Below, one piece after another: positions 38,008 through 50,034 of a stretch of 64,000 bases of DNA. The stretch's first letter is position 1; every line of letters starts with the position of its first letter. The DNA lies in contig CM059429.1 of the NCBI GenBank assembly GCA_030390025.1, forward strand, positions 71,114,001-71,178,000, read 5' to 3'. The stretch is from Squalus acanthias. Lineage: Eukaryota. The notes beneath the pieces are model-generated. The model ran no database searches and had not been told where the DNA came from. It saw only the letters and a list, made by a program, of their open reading frames with translations. Made by a program: the position numbers and the translations under genes.

Positions 38008-38458
38008 TTAGCTGTGGCTCAGTGGGTAGCACTCTCGCCTCTGAGTCAATAGGTTGTGGGTTCAAGTCCCACGCCAGCAGACCTGAGCACATAATCTAGG
38101 CTGACACTCCAGTGCAGCACTGAGGGAATGCTGCACTGTCGGAGGTGCCGTGTTTCAGATGAGACGTTAAACCTGCGCTGTCAGGTGAATATAAAAGTAC
38201 CATGGCACTATTCGAAGAAGAGCAGGGGATTTCTCCTGGTGTTCTGGACAACTTTTATCCCTCAACCAACAGCTAAAATGAACGATCTGGTCATTTATTT
38301 CATTGCTGTTTGTGGGAGCTTGCTGTGCTCGAATCGGCTGCTGCGTTTGCTACATTGCAATAGTGCTTACACTTCAAAAGTACTGCACTGGGTGTAAAGT
38401 GATTTGGGATGTCCTGAGGTTGTGAAAGGCGCTGTGTAAATGCAAGTTCTTTCTTTCT
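38008..38458 (+). mobile_element. tRNA-derived SINE (same family as 15085-15540)
   Basis: gctgtggctcagtgggtagc...ggttcaagtccc...aaaggcgctgtgtaaatgcaagttc. Confidence 0.8.
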
Positions 38459-38744
38459 GATGACATTCAAAGTTTAGGGTTATGCAGGAATAATGGTAAT
38501 TTGGACAAATTAGCAGAGGGAGGGCCAGAGCCCACTGAATTATGCTCTAGCAAGAGTCAGTGCCTTCAGGGGTTGGGGGTGGGGAGAGGAGAGTTAGAAA
38601 AAGGGCCGATAGTGAATTACGGATATAAACTTGAAGATTGCATTAGTGAAGGCACAATCTTCATGAGTGTTGTAGAGGAAAACGTACGCAAGACCCTCAC
38701 ATAACATTGCGTACTATCACACAGCACAGAGGTGAGGTGATAAT

Positions 38745-39486
38745 GGCCCAAAAATTAGTGCCTCTACGCGAGAGTACGCACTGTGTACTCTCGCGTATTC
38801 TGTCTGCAATTGCCGGTTTTCTGCATGCACTGCGCATGCGCTGAAAACTGGCACTTGGTGATTTCAAAAGGGGGCGGTTCCTAGGTGAACCGCGTGCGCG
38901 CTACAGGCTGCGCGCACGCAGTGCACTTAGTGCTTTAAACGCGCAGGTAAGCATGGAAGATTTTGCACATAAAGAAAGGAGGCGTAAGACCCTCTTTTAA
39001 CAAGGTAAGTAGTTAATTAAGTATTATTTTGAAATTTTTTCAACAGGTATATCTTTTTTAGAGACTTTAAAGAAAGGTAAGTTTATTTTTATAACTTTTT
39101 AAAAGATTTTACATTTTTTCAAAAATTTAATTTTTTGTTTAAAGTGGTTAATTTATTTAACTATACTTATTTTATTAATGTGATGTTTTTTTTAAAATTT
39201 AATTGAGGTTTAGCTGTTCTTTTGGGGGGGTATAGATTCATAGCTTTCACAGCACTTGATGTGAAAACTATGAATGAAAGATGGTGTGCTGCCATTGACT
39301 CTAACTGAATCACGTGATCCCACAGCTCGCACGAATTAACTGCGCCTGTGGGATACGCAAGCACTGCCCAGCTGCTGTCTAGAAAATCAAGTTCGTGCGA
39401 GCTGGGAATGAAAAAGCCGGCGCGCAGTGAGATATCGCGGGGAAGCCTTACCCCCGCACGAAGGCTCCCTCACTAATTTTTGGGTC
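38745..39486. mobile_element. Harbinger-like MITE
   Basis: TIRs GGCCCAAAAATTAGTG / CACTAATTTTTGGGTC (15/16 match). 3-bp TSD AAT. Confidence 0.75.
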
Positions 39487-40099
39487 AATATGCTTTGTAT
39501 GTTTGAAAAGAAAGCTTTGTAAAACACTTTTTTCACAAAGATTGTGCTTGTACCTCTGAGGCCCCTCCCTCCTCCCCCACCTCCCACCCACCCCATGAAG
39601 AACAGGAATTGTCCACTGATTTCCTGAGATTCCACAAGACTTTACTTGCAAACATGGTGGAAGAGAACAGGGCAAAGGTTGGGCTTTAAAATGTCCCATT
39701 GGAAATGGCATGGCCGAGGGGAAGGGGACAAAACTGGAAATTTCAAAGTGAGACAGGATATCCTTGATAGTCAGGAGACTGTCGCAATGGAACAGATGCT
39801 TCTGCAGAACAATAGGCCCACTTCTACCAGCAGCACAGTGGAGTTCAAAGGTTAAAGTGAACTTCCTCTGATGCAGGGTAGCAACAAATCCAATGGTCTG
39901 GATGACAGCCAGAATATAACTTTAAATGACTCTAAGCAGATCGCTAGATTCAGCTTACTGTGTGGATATATATTGCATATTTGTCTGAGCCTTCAGAATA
40001 CAGTAACAGTATTAACTCGGTGGGCAAAAAAAAAAATGATCATTTAGAACAGGCCGCAATTTTTAGGCCCTGAGATTACACTTTTTGCAAGCTATATTA

Positions 40100-40700
40100 A
40101 CTGGACATTGTAGACCATTCAGCCCCTCAAGCCTGTTGCGCCATTTTATTAGATCATAGCTGGTCTGTACCTCAACTCCATTTACCCGTCTTTGCTCCAT
40201 ATCCCTTGATACACAAAAATCTATCAATCTCAGTCTTGAAAATTTCAATTGACCCAGCATCCACAGCCTTTTAGGGGAAGAGAGTTCCAGATTACCAGTA
40301 TCCTTTGTGTGAAAAAGTGCTACCTCATTTCACTTCTAAATGGCCTGGCTCTAATTTTAAGATTGTGCTCCCTTGTTCTCGATTGCCCCACCAGAGGAAA
40401 TAGTTTCTCTGTATCTACCCTATCGAATCCTTTTACCAGTTTCAAAACCTCGATTAGATCTGCCCTCAACCTTCTAAACTCAAGGGAATACAATCCAAAT
40501 TTATGCAACCTAGCCTCATAATTTAACCCTTTAAACCCTGGTGGGTCTGCACTGCACCCCCTCCAAGGCCAATATATCCTTCCTCAGGCGCGTTATCTAA
40601 AACTGAACGCAGTACTCCAGATGGGGTTTGACCAAAGCTCTTTACAACTCACGTAGCACTTCCTCATTTTTATATTCCAGCCCGCTTAAGATAAACCATA
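40100..40700 (-). mobile_element. Degenerate CR1 3' fragment
   Basis: ORF 40320-40508 GLYSLEFRRLRADLIEV. Confidence 0.75.
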
Positions 40701-40860
40701 CTGCTTCTCTTCCTTTTGCAGGCAAAACAAAACACGCAGAGCATTCAAACAGCTGTTTTCCATTCATCTAACCCACTACAAAAATTACCACCAAAAGATA
40801 TGCGGCGTCATGGCAACACTGTAATGAATGAACAGAGACCGAACTAACCAACGTGAATTA

Positions 40861-41150
40861 GCAGTCACAGTTCATCAGACACTGTCCTTTCACCTCTGGG
40901 ACCTGAATGCAGGTCAGACTGATAAGATGGAGGTCTGCGTATGCTTTATGGGTTTCATCTGCACTGTGTTTGGACAGCTTATACCCAGTTTCTAGCAGAC
41001 ATGTGATCAGCGCATGCAATTGCTCAAAGTACGGCACAAATTGGAACTGAATTAACAATCTCACTCAGAGAGGTCACGAGGATACACTAATGCAGTAGGA
41101 GGTGCTCTTCTGAGCCTGAGATTGGGGTTGGGTAGAATTGTTGGGGTAAG
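40861..41150 (+). mobile_element. Degenerate LF-SINE-like SINE head and body
   Basis: Begins with a single copy of the 45-bp unit core (tcagacactgtcctttcacctctgggac). Shares caatctcactcaga with the - strand copy at 61630-61900. The family name is from recollection. Confidence 0.5.
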
Positions 41151-42025
41151 GTATCTAACTCATGCTATACATAGCTTCGTAGTGTTTGCTGGAACAGTGT
41201 GGAGCTTTGCTCTGTATCCAACCTGTGCTGTACCTGCCCTGGGAGTGTTTGATGAGACAGCTTAGAGGGGGTTTTACTCTGTATCTAACCCCTGCTGTAC
41301 CTGCCCTGGGAGTGTTTGATGGGACAGTGTAGAGGGAGCTTTGCTCTGAATCCAACCTGTGCTGTACCTGCCCTGGGAGTGTTTGATGGGACAGTGTAGA
41401 GGGAGCTTTACTCTGTATCTAACCCCTGCTGTACCTGCCCTGGGAGTGTTTGATGGGACAGTGTAGAGGGAGCTTTGCTCTGTATCCAACCCGTGCTGTA
41501 CCTAACCTGGGAGTGTTTGATGAGACAGTTTAGAGGGGGTTTTACTCTGTATCTAACTGTGAAGTATGTGACCTGGGAATACTTCAGGGGACAGTGTAGA
41601 GGGAGCTTTACTCTGTATCTAACCCGTGCTGTACCTGCCTTGGCAGTACTTGATGGGACAGTGTAGAGGGAGCTTTACTCTGTATCTAACCCCTGCTATT
41701 CCTGCCCTGGGAGTGTTTGATGGGACAGTGTAGAGGGAGCTTTACTCTGTATCTAACCCGTGCTATACCTGCCTTGGCAGTACTTGATGGGACAGTGTAG
41801 AGGGAGCTTTACTCTGTATCTAACCCCTGCTATACCTGCCCTGGGAGTGTTTGATGGGACAGTGTAAAGGGAGCTATACTCTGTATCTAACCCCTGCTAT
41901 ACCTGCCCTGGGAGTGTTTGATGGGACAGTGTAAAATAAATTTACTCTGTATCTAACCCTGCCCTGGAAGTTTTACTCAACTTCTAACCCATGCTGTTCC
42001 TGACTTGGTGGTGCTTGATGGGGCA
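41151..42025 (+). repeat. 67-bp tandem repeat, ~13 copies
   Basis: Unit gtatctaacccctgctgtacctgccctgggagtgtttgatgggacagtgtagagggagctttactct starts at 41281, 41348, 41415 and onward. Confidence 0.93.
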
Positions 42026-42869
42026 CATGAACAAAAAGTGGAGAATTGTCCAATTCCAGATGATATCCCACAACCCCAAAAGATATCACTTGTTGGTAGG
42101 CCTGCCTCACCTTATTCTAATGACTAGATCTTGTGTGAGACGTTGATGGTTTTGGTGCTCTCAGAGACTCCGGCACTGCTCTCAGGCCAAACGTAACGAG
42201 AATACTCAGCATTCCATGGTTATGAGTTTCCACGATTGACCCCCTAATCAGCCTGGTGACTGTATTTTATTGGGAGCCATTGCGTACTCGGTTCATCACA
42301 CTTGCTGCACTGGATCTCCTCATCCTGCAGCAATGCAACTTTGTATTAGTGCCAGAGTTTGTGAACTCACAGACAGAGGCAGTGTTAGCACCGTGCAACC
42401 CAGTGTATGAACTGTCCAGAGCCCAAGGGACCCAGCCTCAACAAGTGTCATTGTCCTCGGGAGAGATGGAAGGAAAAAAAAGAAATTGTACGGCGGGAAA
42501 TCGTTGCTATCTAGCTGTGCATCCCCTTGATCAGTAAACACCATGCTTTGGGGAAGGTTATCCTTAGGCCAGGAACTGACTGCAACATGGTTTGAGGATT
42601 CAGATCATTATTGAGCCTCTCGATCTTCAGTCTCATGGTTTTTGAGGTCATCCAAGCCCTGCTTCGACCCTAACACCAAATGCGCACCCGGCATAGAGTG
42701 CCACCCTCTCACGTTCAAATTCCTTTTACGCAAAGGAAATTCGACTGAGACAAGATATGTTGATTTAGTAACATTCGGTGGGCTAACTAAACATCATGAA
42801 AAAAAGCATGTTAGTGAAGGGTGAACAAAAAAATGAGAAAGTGCAGCTCTTCCTGTTCTGCGTGTGTGT

Positions 42870-42910
42870 TGGTCTCTGATAAGAAGCGAGTCATGAGCAG
42901 GAAATCCGTC
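42870..42910 (+). promoter_or_regulatory. Candidate haematopoietic proximal promoter motifs (GATA, ETS) upstream of the KLHL6 ATG
   Basis: CTGATAAG at ~42876 and CAGGAAAT at ~42898. Short motifs only. Confidence 0.35.
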
Positions 42911-42997
42911 AAAGGGCAACATTACAACCAACTCCAAAAACCTCAAAACGCTGCTACAGTCAGCGGAGAGTGGAGCAATCAGACAGTAGCATGCGAC

Positions 42998-43257
42998 ATG
43001 GCAGACGTGGTGGAGAGCAGCAGCGACAAGTCTCCCAGCCACCAAGCCGGCAAACACCCCCAGGGGGTCGAGGGGCTGACAGAAACCTCGTCCGACGGGA
43101 GGGTGACATTCGATGACACCGGGCTCTCCGCCGTCCTTCAGAGCGGCCTGGAGAACCTGCGGTTGGAGAGGTCCCTGACAGACGTCGTGCTGTGTGTGGA
43201 GGGCAGGGAGTTCTCCTGCCACCGGGTGGTCCTGGCAGCGGCGAGCAGTTACTTCAG
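42998..43257 (+). CDS. KLHL6: KLHL6 first coding exon (N-terminus and start of BTB). In-frame upstream ATGs exist at 42833 and 42893.
   Basis: MADVVES...FDDTGLSAVLQSGLENLRLERSLTDVVLCVEGREFSCHRVVLAAASSYFR matches recalled KLHL6 (MGDVVE...FDDAGLSLILQNGLETLR...). Strong Kozak context gacATGg. Donor AG|GTAGG after 43257. Confidence 0.9.
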
Positions 43258-43314
43258 GTAGGCCAAAAAATAGACCATCTTTACTTTGTTCACACGACGA
43301 GAACGTTTGATATT

Positions 43315-43556
43315 TCCTTTGCCCCGTTGTTGGCGGCCGTGCCTTCAGCTGCCTAGGCCCTGAGGTTTGGAATTCTCTCCTAAACCTCTCCACCTCTCTC
43401 CTCCTTTAAGATTCTCCTTAAGACCTCACTCTTTGATCAAGCTTTTGGCCCACCTGTCCTAATAGCTCCTTATGTGGCTCAGTGTCATTTTTGTGTCTGG
43501 TAAAACCCCTTGGAATGTTTTTACTACGTTAAAGGCGCTATGTAAATATAAGTTGT
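43315..43556 (+). mobile_element. L2 LINE 3' end fragment
   Basis: ggcggccgtgccttcagctgcctaggccct...tggaattctctccc...aaaggcgctatgtaaatataagttgtt. Confidence 0.65.
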
Positions 43557-44269
43557 TCCGTTGAGTTAAGCTGCTCCATGGGAGTCTCTTTTTTGAGCTG
43601 GAGACGGCAGTCTAAAAAAAAATATTCAACAACAATCCTCCAGCCCCTCACTATGGTGTGACTAACTCCTTTGCTCACTGAAACTCTGTACCCATCCCTC
43701 CGTTCACTGTTGAATCGCCGCCACCGATAAATAAGGTTCGCGTCAGCTGGTTGTTCCTGACGCCTCAGTGTGGTTTCCTCTTGCACACAGTGACTGCTGA
43801 TCTGTAATTGTTATGGTAGAACATTGGGGAAACGCGAGGCGTGAGCTTTATGAGCAAACAATGTTAATCTCCTGGTACTGCTGCGAGCAATCCAGGGGGA
43901 AAATCATAGGGACATTAAAAAAAACAATTTTTTTTTTCGTTTTCTTTGAACACTTTCATTTATTAGTGATAGAAATATTGGAATTGGGAAAAAAAAAGGC
44001 TATTTGATTTTACAGGGCCGTTGGAGGTGGGAGGTCATGTGATGAGGCCTCCGGGAATATGTCCAACTTGAGTTGGCAACCCAAAGCGTGAGACAGATCA
44101 CAGGCCCGTTTAAAAGCGCAAAGGAATGTGAGGTACCTCAAAAGAGATGACAAAATGAGTGTGTTTCGCTGCAGACAGCAAGCTGACAGTCCTGCTCACA
44201 CACGGGTGCACCAGGCAACTTTTCATTGCGTGCATTTTGTTTTGTTTCTGTTTTAAATTGATAAAAAAA

Positions 44270-44830
44270 GAAACTGTATTACAACTTCTACATCATCAGA
44301 ACTTTCAAAAGCACTTCAAAGCCAATTAATTACTTTCGAAGTGTAGTCGGTGCTGTTATGTAAACAAACGCAGCAGCCAATTTGCACAGCGAAAGGTCGC
44401 ACAGACAGCAATGAGATAAGGACCAGTTAATCCACTTTTCGGCGGGTAATTTTGACTTTGGGCGATAGTGTAAAATCGGCGATATTGTTTCAGCCGCCCA
44501 TTATACATCTCCCGATTCTCATTTCCAGGAGAGAGGTAAACCGGGCGGCTGAAACGATGTCACACACGTTACACTATCACCCAAAGTTAACATGACCCTC
44601 TTAGTGTTGGTTGAGGGATGAATGTTGGCCAGGACACCAGGAGAATGCCCTTGATCTTCTACAAGTAGAGCCAGTTTAACACTTCACCTGAAAGGTAGCA
44701 TCTCTGACAGTGCAGCACTTCTCCTCAGCACTGCGCTGAAATGTCGGGCTAGATTATGTGCACAAACCTAGATTGGGGCTTGAACCCATTATCTTCTGAC
44801 TCAGAGACAAATGGTACCACTGAAACACCC
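44270..44830 (-). mobile_element. Degenerate tRNA SINE containing a small palindromic MITE (~44443-44598)
   Basis: Reverse-complement similarity to the 15085 SINE. Inner inverted repeats ctttgggcgatagtgtaa / ttacactatcacccaaag and tttcagccgccc / gggcggctgaaa. Confidence 0.6.
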
Positions 44831-44861
44831 TGGCATTTACATGCAGCTTCCAGCAGGCTAA

Positions 44862-47800
44862 TGTGGGGAGAGTGAGTCTCCGGGGGTCAGTGTGGGTGAG
44901 TGAGTCCCCGGGGGTCACTGTGGGAGAGTGAGTCTCCGGGGGTCAGTGTGGGGAGAGTGAGTCCCTGGGGGTCAGTGTGGGGAGAGTGAGTCTCCAGGGG
45001 TCAGTGTGGGGAGAGTGAGTCCCTGGGGGTCAGTGTGGGGTGAGTGAGTCCCCGGGGGTCACTGTGGGAGAGTGAGTCTCCGGGGGTCACTGTGGGGAGA
45101 GTGAGTCCCCGGGGGTCAGTGTGGGGTGAGTGAGTCTCCGGGGGTCAGTGTGGGTGAGTGAGTCTCCGGGGGGTCACTGTGGGAGAGTGAGTCTCCGGGG
45201 GTCACTGTGGGGTGAGTGAGTCCCCGGGGGTCAGTGTGGGGTGAGTGAGTCCCCGGGGGTCAGTGTGGGGTGAGTGAGTCTCTGGGGGTCAGTGTGGGTG
45301 AGTGAGTCTCCGGGGGTCACTGTGGGAGAGTGAGTCTCCGGGGGTCACTGTGGGGTGAGTGAGTCCCCGGGGGTCAGTGTGGGGTGAGTGAGTCTCCGGG
45401 GGTCAGTGTGGGTGAGTGAGTCTCCGGGGGTCACTGTGGGAGAGTGAGTCTCCGGGGGTCACTGTGGGGTGAGTGAGTCCCCGGGGGTCAGTGTGGGGTG
45501 AGTGAGTCCCCGGGGGTCAGTGTGGGGTGAGTGAGTCTCCGGGGGTCAGTGTGGGTGAGTGAGTCTCCGGGGGTCACTGTGGGAGAGTGAGTCTCCGGGG
45601 GTCACTGTGGGGTGAGTGAGTCCCCGGGGGTCAGTGTGGGGTGAGTGAGTCCCCGGGGGTCAGTGTGGGGTGAGTGAGTCCCCGGGGGTCAGTGTGGGGA
45701 GAGTGAGTCTCCGGGGGTCACTGTGGGGTGAGTGAGTCCCCGGGGTCACTGTGGGGTGAGTGAGTCTCCGGGGGTCAGTGTGGGGTGAGTGAGTCTCCGG
45801 GGGTCAGTGTGGGTGAGTGAGTCTCCGGGGGGTCACTGTGGGAGAGTGAGTCTCCGGGGGTCACTGTGGGGTGAGTGAGTCCCCGGGGGTCAGTGTGGGG
45901 TGAGTGAGTCCCCGGGGGTCAGTGTGGGGTGAGTGAGTCCCTGGGGTCAGTGTGGGGTGAGTGAGTCTCCGGGGGTCAGTGTGGGTGAGTGAGTCTCCGG
46001 GGGGTCACTGTGGGAGAGTGAGTCTCCGGGGGTCACTGTGGGGTGAGTGAGTCCCCGGGGGTCAGTGTGGGGTGAGTGAGTCCCCGGGGGTCAGTGTGGG
46101 GTGAGTGAGTCCCTGGGGGTCAGTGTGGGGTGAGTGAGTCTCCGGGGGTCAGTGTGGGTGAGTGAGTCTCCGGGGGGTCACTGTGGGAGAGTGAGTATCT
46201 GGGGGTCACTGTGGGGTGAGTGAGTCCCCGGGGGTCAGTGTGGGGTGAGTGAGTCCCCGGGGGTCAGTGTGGGGTGAGTGAGTCCCTGGGGGTCAGTGTG
46301 GGGTGAGTGAGTCTCCGGGGGTCAGTGTGGGTGAGTGAGTCTCCGGGGGGTCACTGTGGGAGAGTGAGTCTCCGGGGGTCACTGTGGGGTGAGTGAGTCC
46401 CCGGGGGTCAGTGTGGGCTGAGTGAGTCCCCGGGGGTCAGTGTGGGGAGAGTGAGTCTCCGGGGGTCACTGTGGGGTGAGAGAGTCCCCGGGGGTCAGTG
46501 TGGGGTGAGTGAGTCTCCGGGGGTCAGTGTGGGGTGAGTGAGTCCCCCCCCTGGGGGTCAGTGTGGGGTGAGTGAGTCCCCGGGGGTCACTGTGGGGTGA
46601 GTGAGTCCCTGGGGGTCACTGTGGGTGAATGAGTCTCCAGGGGTCACTGTGGGGTGAGTGAGTCCCCGGGGGTCAGTGTGGGTGAGTGAGTCCCCAGGGG
46701 TCAGTGTGGGGAGAGTGAGTCTCCAGGGGTCAGTGTGGGGTGAGTGAGTCTCCGGGGGTCACTGTGGGGTGAGTGAGTCACTGGGGGTCACTGTGGGGTG
46801 AGTGAGTCTCCGGGGGTCAGTGTGGGGTGAGTGAGTCTCCGGGGGTCAGTGTGGGGAGAGTGAGTCCCTGGGGGTCAGTGTGGGGAGAGTGAGTCTCCAG
46901 GGGTCAGTGTGGGGAGAGTGAGTCCCTGGGGGTCAGTGTGGGGAGAGTGAGTCTCCAGGGGTCAGTGTGGGGAGAGTGAGTCCCTGGGGGTCAGTGTGGG
47001 GAGAGTGAGTCCCTGGGGGTCAGTGTGGGGTGAGTGAGTCCACGGGGGTCAGTGTGGGGAGAGTGAGTCTCCGGGGGTCACTGTGGGGTGAGTGAGTCCA
47101 CGCGGGTCAGTATGGGGTGAGTGAGTCTCTGGGGGTCACTGTGGGGTGAGTGAGTCTCCGGGGGTCACTGTGGGTGAGTGAGTCCACGGGGGTCAGTGTG
47201 GGGAGAGTGAGTCCCTGGGGGTCAGTGTGGGGAGAGTGAGTCTCTGGGGGTCACCGTGGGGTGAGTGAGTCTCTGGGGGTCAGTGTGGGGTGAGTGAGTC
47301 TCCGGGGGTCACCGTGGGGTGAGTGAGTCTCTGGGGGTCAGTGTGGGGTGAGTGAGTCTCCGGGGGTCACCGTGGGGTGAGTGAGTCTCTGGGGGTCACT
47401 GTGGGGTGAGTGAGTCTCTGGGGGTTACTGTGGGGTGAGTGAGTCACTGGGGGTCACTGTGGGTGAGTGAGTCCCCGGGGGTCAGTGTGGGGAGAGTGAG
47501 TCTCCGGGGGTCAGTGTGGGGTGAGTGAGTCTCCGGGGGTCAGTGTGGGGTGAGTGAGTCCCCCCCCCGGGGGTCAGTGTAGGGTGAGTGAGTCTCCGGG
47601 GGTCACTGTGGATGAGTGAGTCCCCCCCCCGGGGGTCAGTGTGGGGTGAGTGAGTCTCCGGGGGTCACTGTGGGGTGAGTGAGTCCCCGGGGGTCACTGT
47701 GGGGTGAGTGAGTCTCCGGGGGTCAGTGTGGGGTGAGTGAGTCTCCGGGGGTCAGTGTGGGTGAGTGAGTCTCCGGGGGTCAGTGTGGGGAGAGTGAGTC

Positions 47801-49876
47801 TCCGGGGGTCACTGTGGGGTGAGTGAGTCCCCGGGGGTCAGTGTGGGGTGAGTGAGTCCCCGGGGGTCAGTGTGGGGTGAGTGAGTCCCTGGGGGTCAGT
47901 GTGGGGAGAGTGAGTCTCCGGGGGTCACTGTGGGGTGAGTGAGTCCCCGGGGGTCAGTGTGGGGTGAGTGAGTCCCCGGGGGTCAGTGTGGGGAGAGTGA
48001 GTCTCCGGGGGTCACTGTGGGGTGAGTGAGTCCCCGGGGGTCAGTGTGGGGTGAGTGAGTCTCCGGGGGTCAGTGTGGGGTGAGTGAGTCCCCCCCCTGG
48101 GGGTCAGTGTGGGGTGAGTGAGTCCCCGGGGGTCACTGTGGGGTGAGTGAGTCCCTGGGGGTCACTGTGGGTGAGTGAGTCTCCAGGGGTCACTGTGGGG
48201 TGAGTGAGTCCCCGGGGGTCAGTGTGGGGTGAGTGAGTCCCCGGGGGTCAGTGTGGGGAGAGTGAGTCTCCGGGGGTCACTGTGGGGTGAGTGAGTCCCC
48301 GGGGGTCAGTGTGGGGTGAGTGAGTCTCCGGGGGTCAGTGTGGGGTGAGTGAGTCCCACTCCGGGGGGTCAGTGTGGGGTGAGTGAGTCCCCGGGGGTCA
48401 CTGTGGGGTGAGTGAGTCCCTGGGGGTCACTGTGGGTGAGTGAGTCTCCAGGGGTCACTGTGGGGTGAGCGAGTCCCCGGGGGTCAGTGTGGGTGAGTGA
48501 GTCCCCGGGGGTCAGTGTGGGGTGAGTGAGTCTCCGGGGGTCACTGTGGGGTGAGTGAGTCTCCGGGGGTCACTGTGGGGTGAGTGAGTCACTGGGGGTC
48601 ACTGTGGGGTGAGTGAGTCTCCGGGGGTCAGTGTGGGGAGAGTGAGTCCCTGGGGGTCAGTGTGGGGAGAGTGAGTCTCCAGGGGTCAGTGTGGGGAGAG
48701 TGAGTCCCTGGGGGTCAGTGTGGGGAGAGTGAGTCTCCAGGGGTCAGTGTGGGGAGAGTGAGTCCCTGGGGGTCAGTGTGGGGAGAGTGAGTCCCTGGGG
48801 GTCAGTGTGGGGTGAGTGAGTCCACGGGGGTCAGTGTGGGGAGAGTGAGTCTCCGGGGGTCACTGTGGGGTGAGTGAGTCCACGCGGGTCAGTGTGGGGT
48901 GAGTGAGTCTCTGGGGGTCACTGTGGGGTGAGTGAGTCTCCGGGGGTCACTGTGGGTGAGTGAGTCCACGGGGGTCAGTGTGGGGAGAGTGAGTCCCTGG
49001 GGGTCAGTGTGGGGAGAGTGAGTTTCTGGGGGTCACCGTGGGGTGAGTGAGTCTCTGGGGGTCAGTGTGGGGTGAGTGAGTCTCCGGGGGTCACCGTGGG
49101 GTGAGTGAGTCTCTGGGGGTCAGTGTGGGGTGAGTGAGTCTCCGGGGGTCACCGTGGGGTGAGTGAGTCTCTGGGGGTCACTGTGGGGTGAGTGAGTCTC
49201 TGGGGGTTACTGTGGGTGAGTGAGTCTCCAGGGGTCAGTGTGGGGTGAGTGAGTCCCCGGGGGTCAGTGTGGGGTGAGTGAGTCCCCGGGGGTCAGTGTG
49301 GGGAGAGTGAGTCTCCGGGGGTCAGTGTGGGGTGAGTGAGTCTCCGGGGGTCAGTGTGGGGTGAGTGAGTCCCCCCCCCGGGGGTCAGTGTAGGGTGAGT
49401 GAGTCTCCGGGGGTCACTGTGGATGAGTGTGTCCCCCCCCCGGGGGTCAGTGTGGGGTGAGTGAGTCCCCGGGGGTCACTGTGGGTGAGTGAGTCCCCCC
49501 CCCTCCGTGGTCAGTGTGGGGTGAGTGAGTCTCCGGGGGTCACTGTGGGTGAGTGAGTCCCCGGGGGTCACTGTGGGTGAATGAGTCTCCAGGGGTCAGT
49601 GTGGGGTGAGTGAGTCCCCGGGGGTCAGTGTGGGGTGAGTGAGTCTCCAGGGGTCAGTGTGGGGTGAGTGAGTCTCCAGGGGTCAGTGTGGGGTGAGTGA
49701 GTCCCCCCCGGGGGTCACTGTGGGGTGAGTGAGTCTCCAGGGGTCAGTGTGGGTGAGTGAGTCCCCCCCGGGGGTCACTGTGGGTGAGTGAGTCTCCGGA
49801 GGTCAGTGTGGGGTGAGTGAGTCCCGGGGGTCAGGGAGGGGTGAGTGAGTCTCCGGGGGTCACTGTGGATGAGTGA
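44862..49876 (+). repeat. 5-kb G-rich 28-29-bp minisatellite in KLHL6 intron 1
   Basis: Unit gggggtca(g/c)tgtgggg(t/a)gagtgagtc(t/c)cc, roughly 170 copies by length. Confidence 0.97.
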
Positions 49877-50034
49877 GAACTGGAAATCACTATTGATAGA
49901 GAGACTTTGGGTTTGTAAAGCTCCTCTCATGCCACTCAAGTCTTTGGAGTGCAGTTTGAACCCACAATCTTTAGACTCATAGGCAAAACTGCGACCTCTG
50001 ACACCTTGCTGATATTTTTAGACAAACACTGGAA

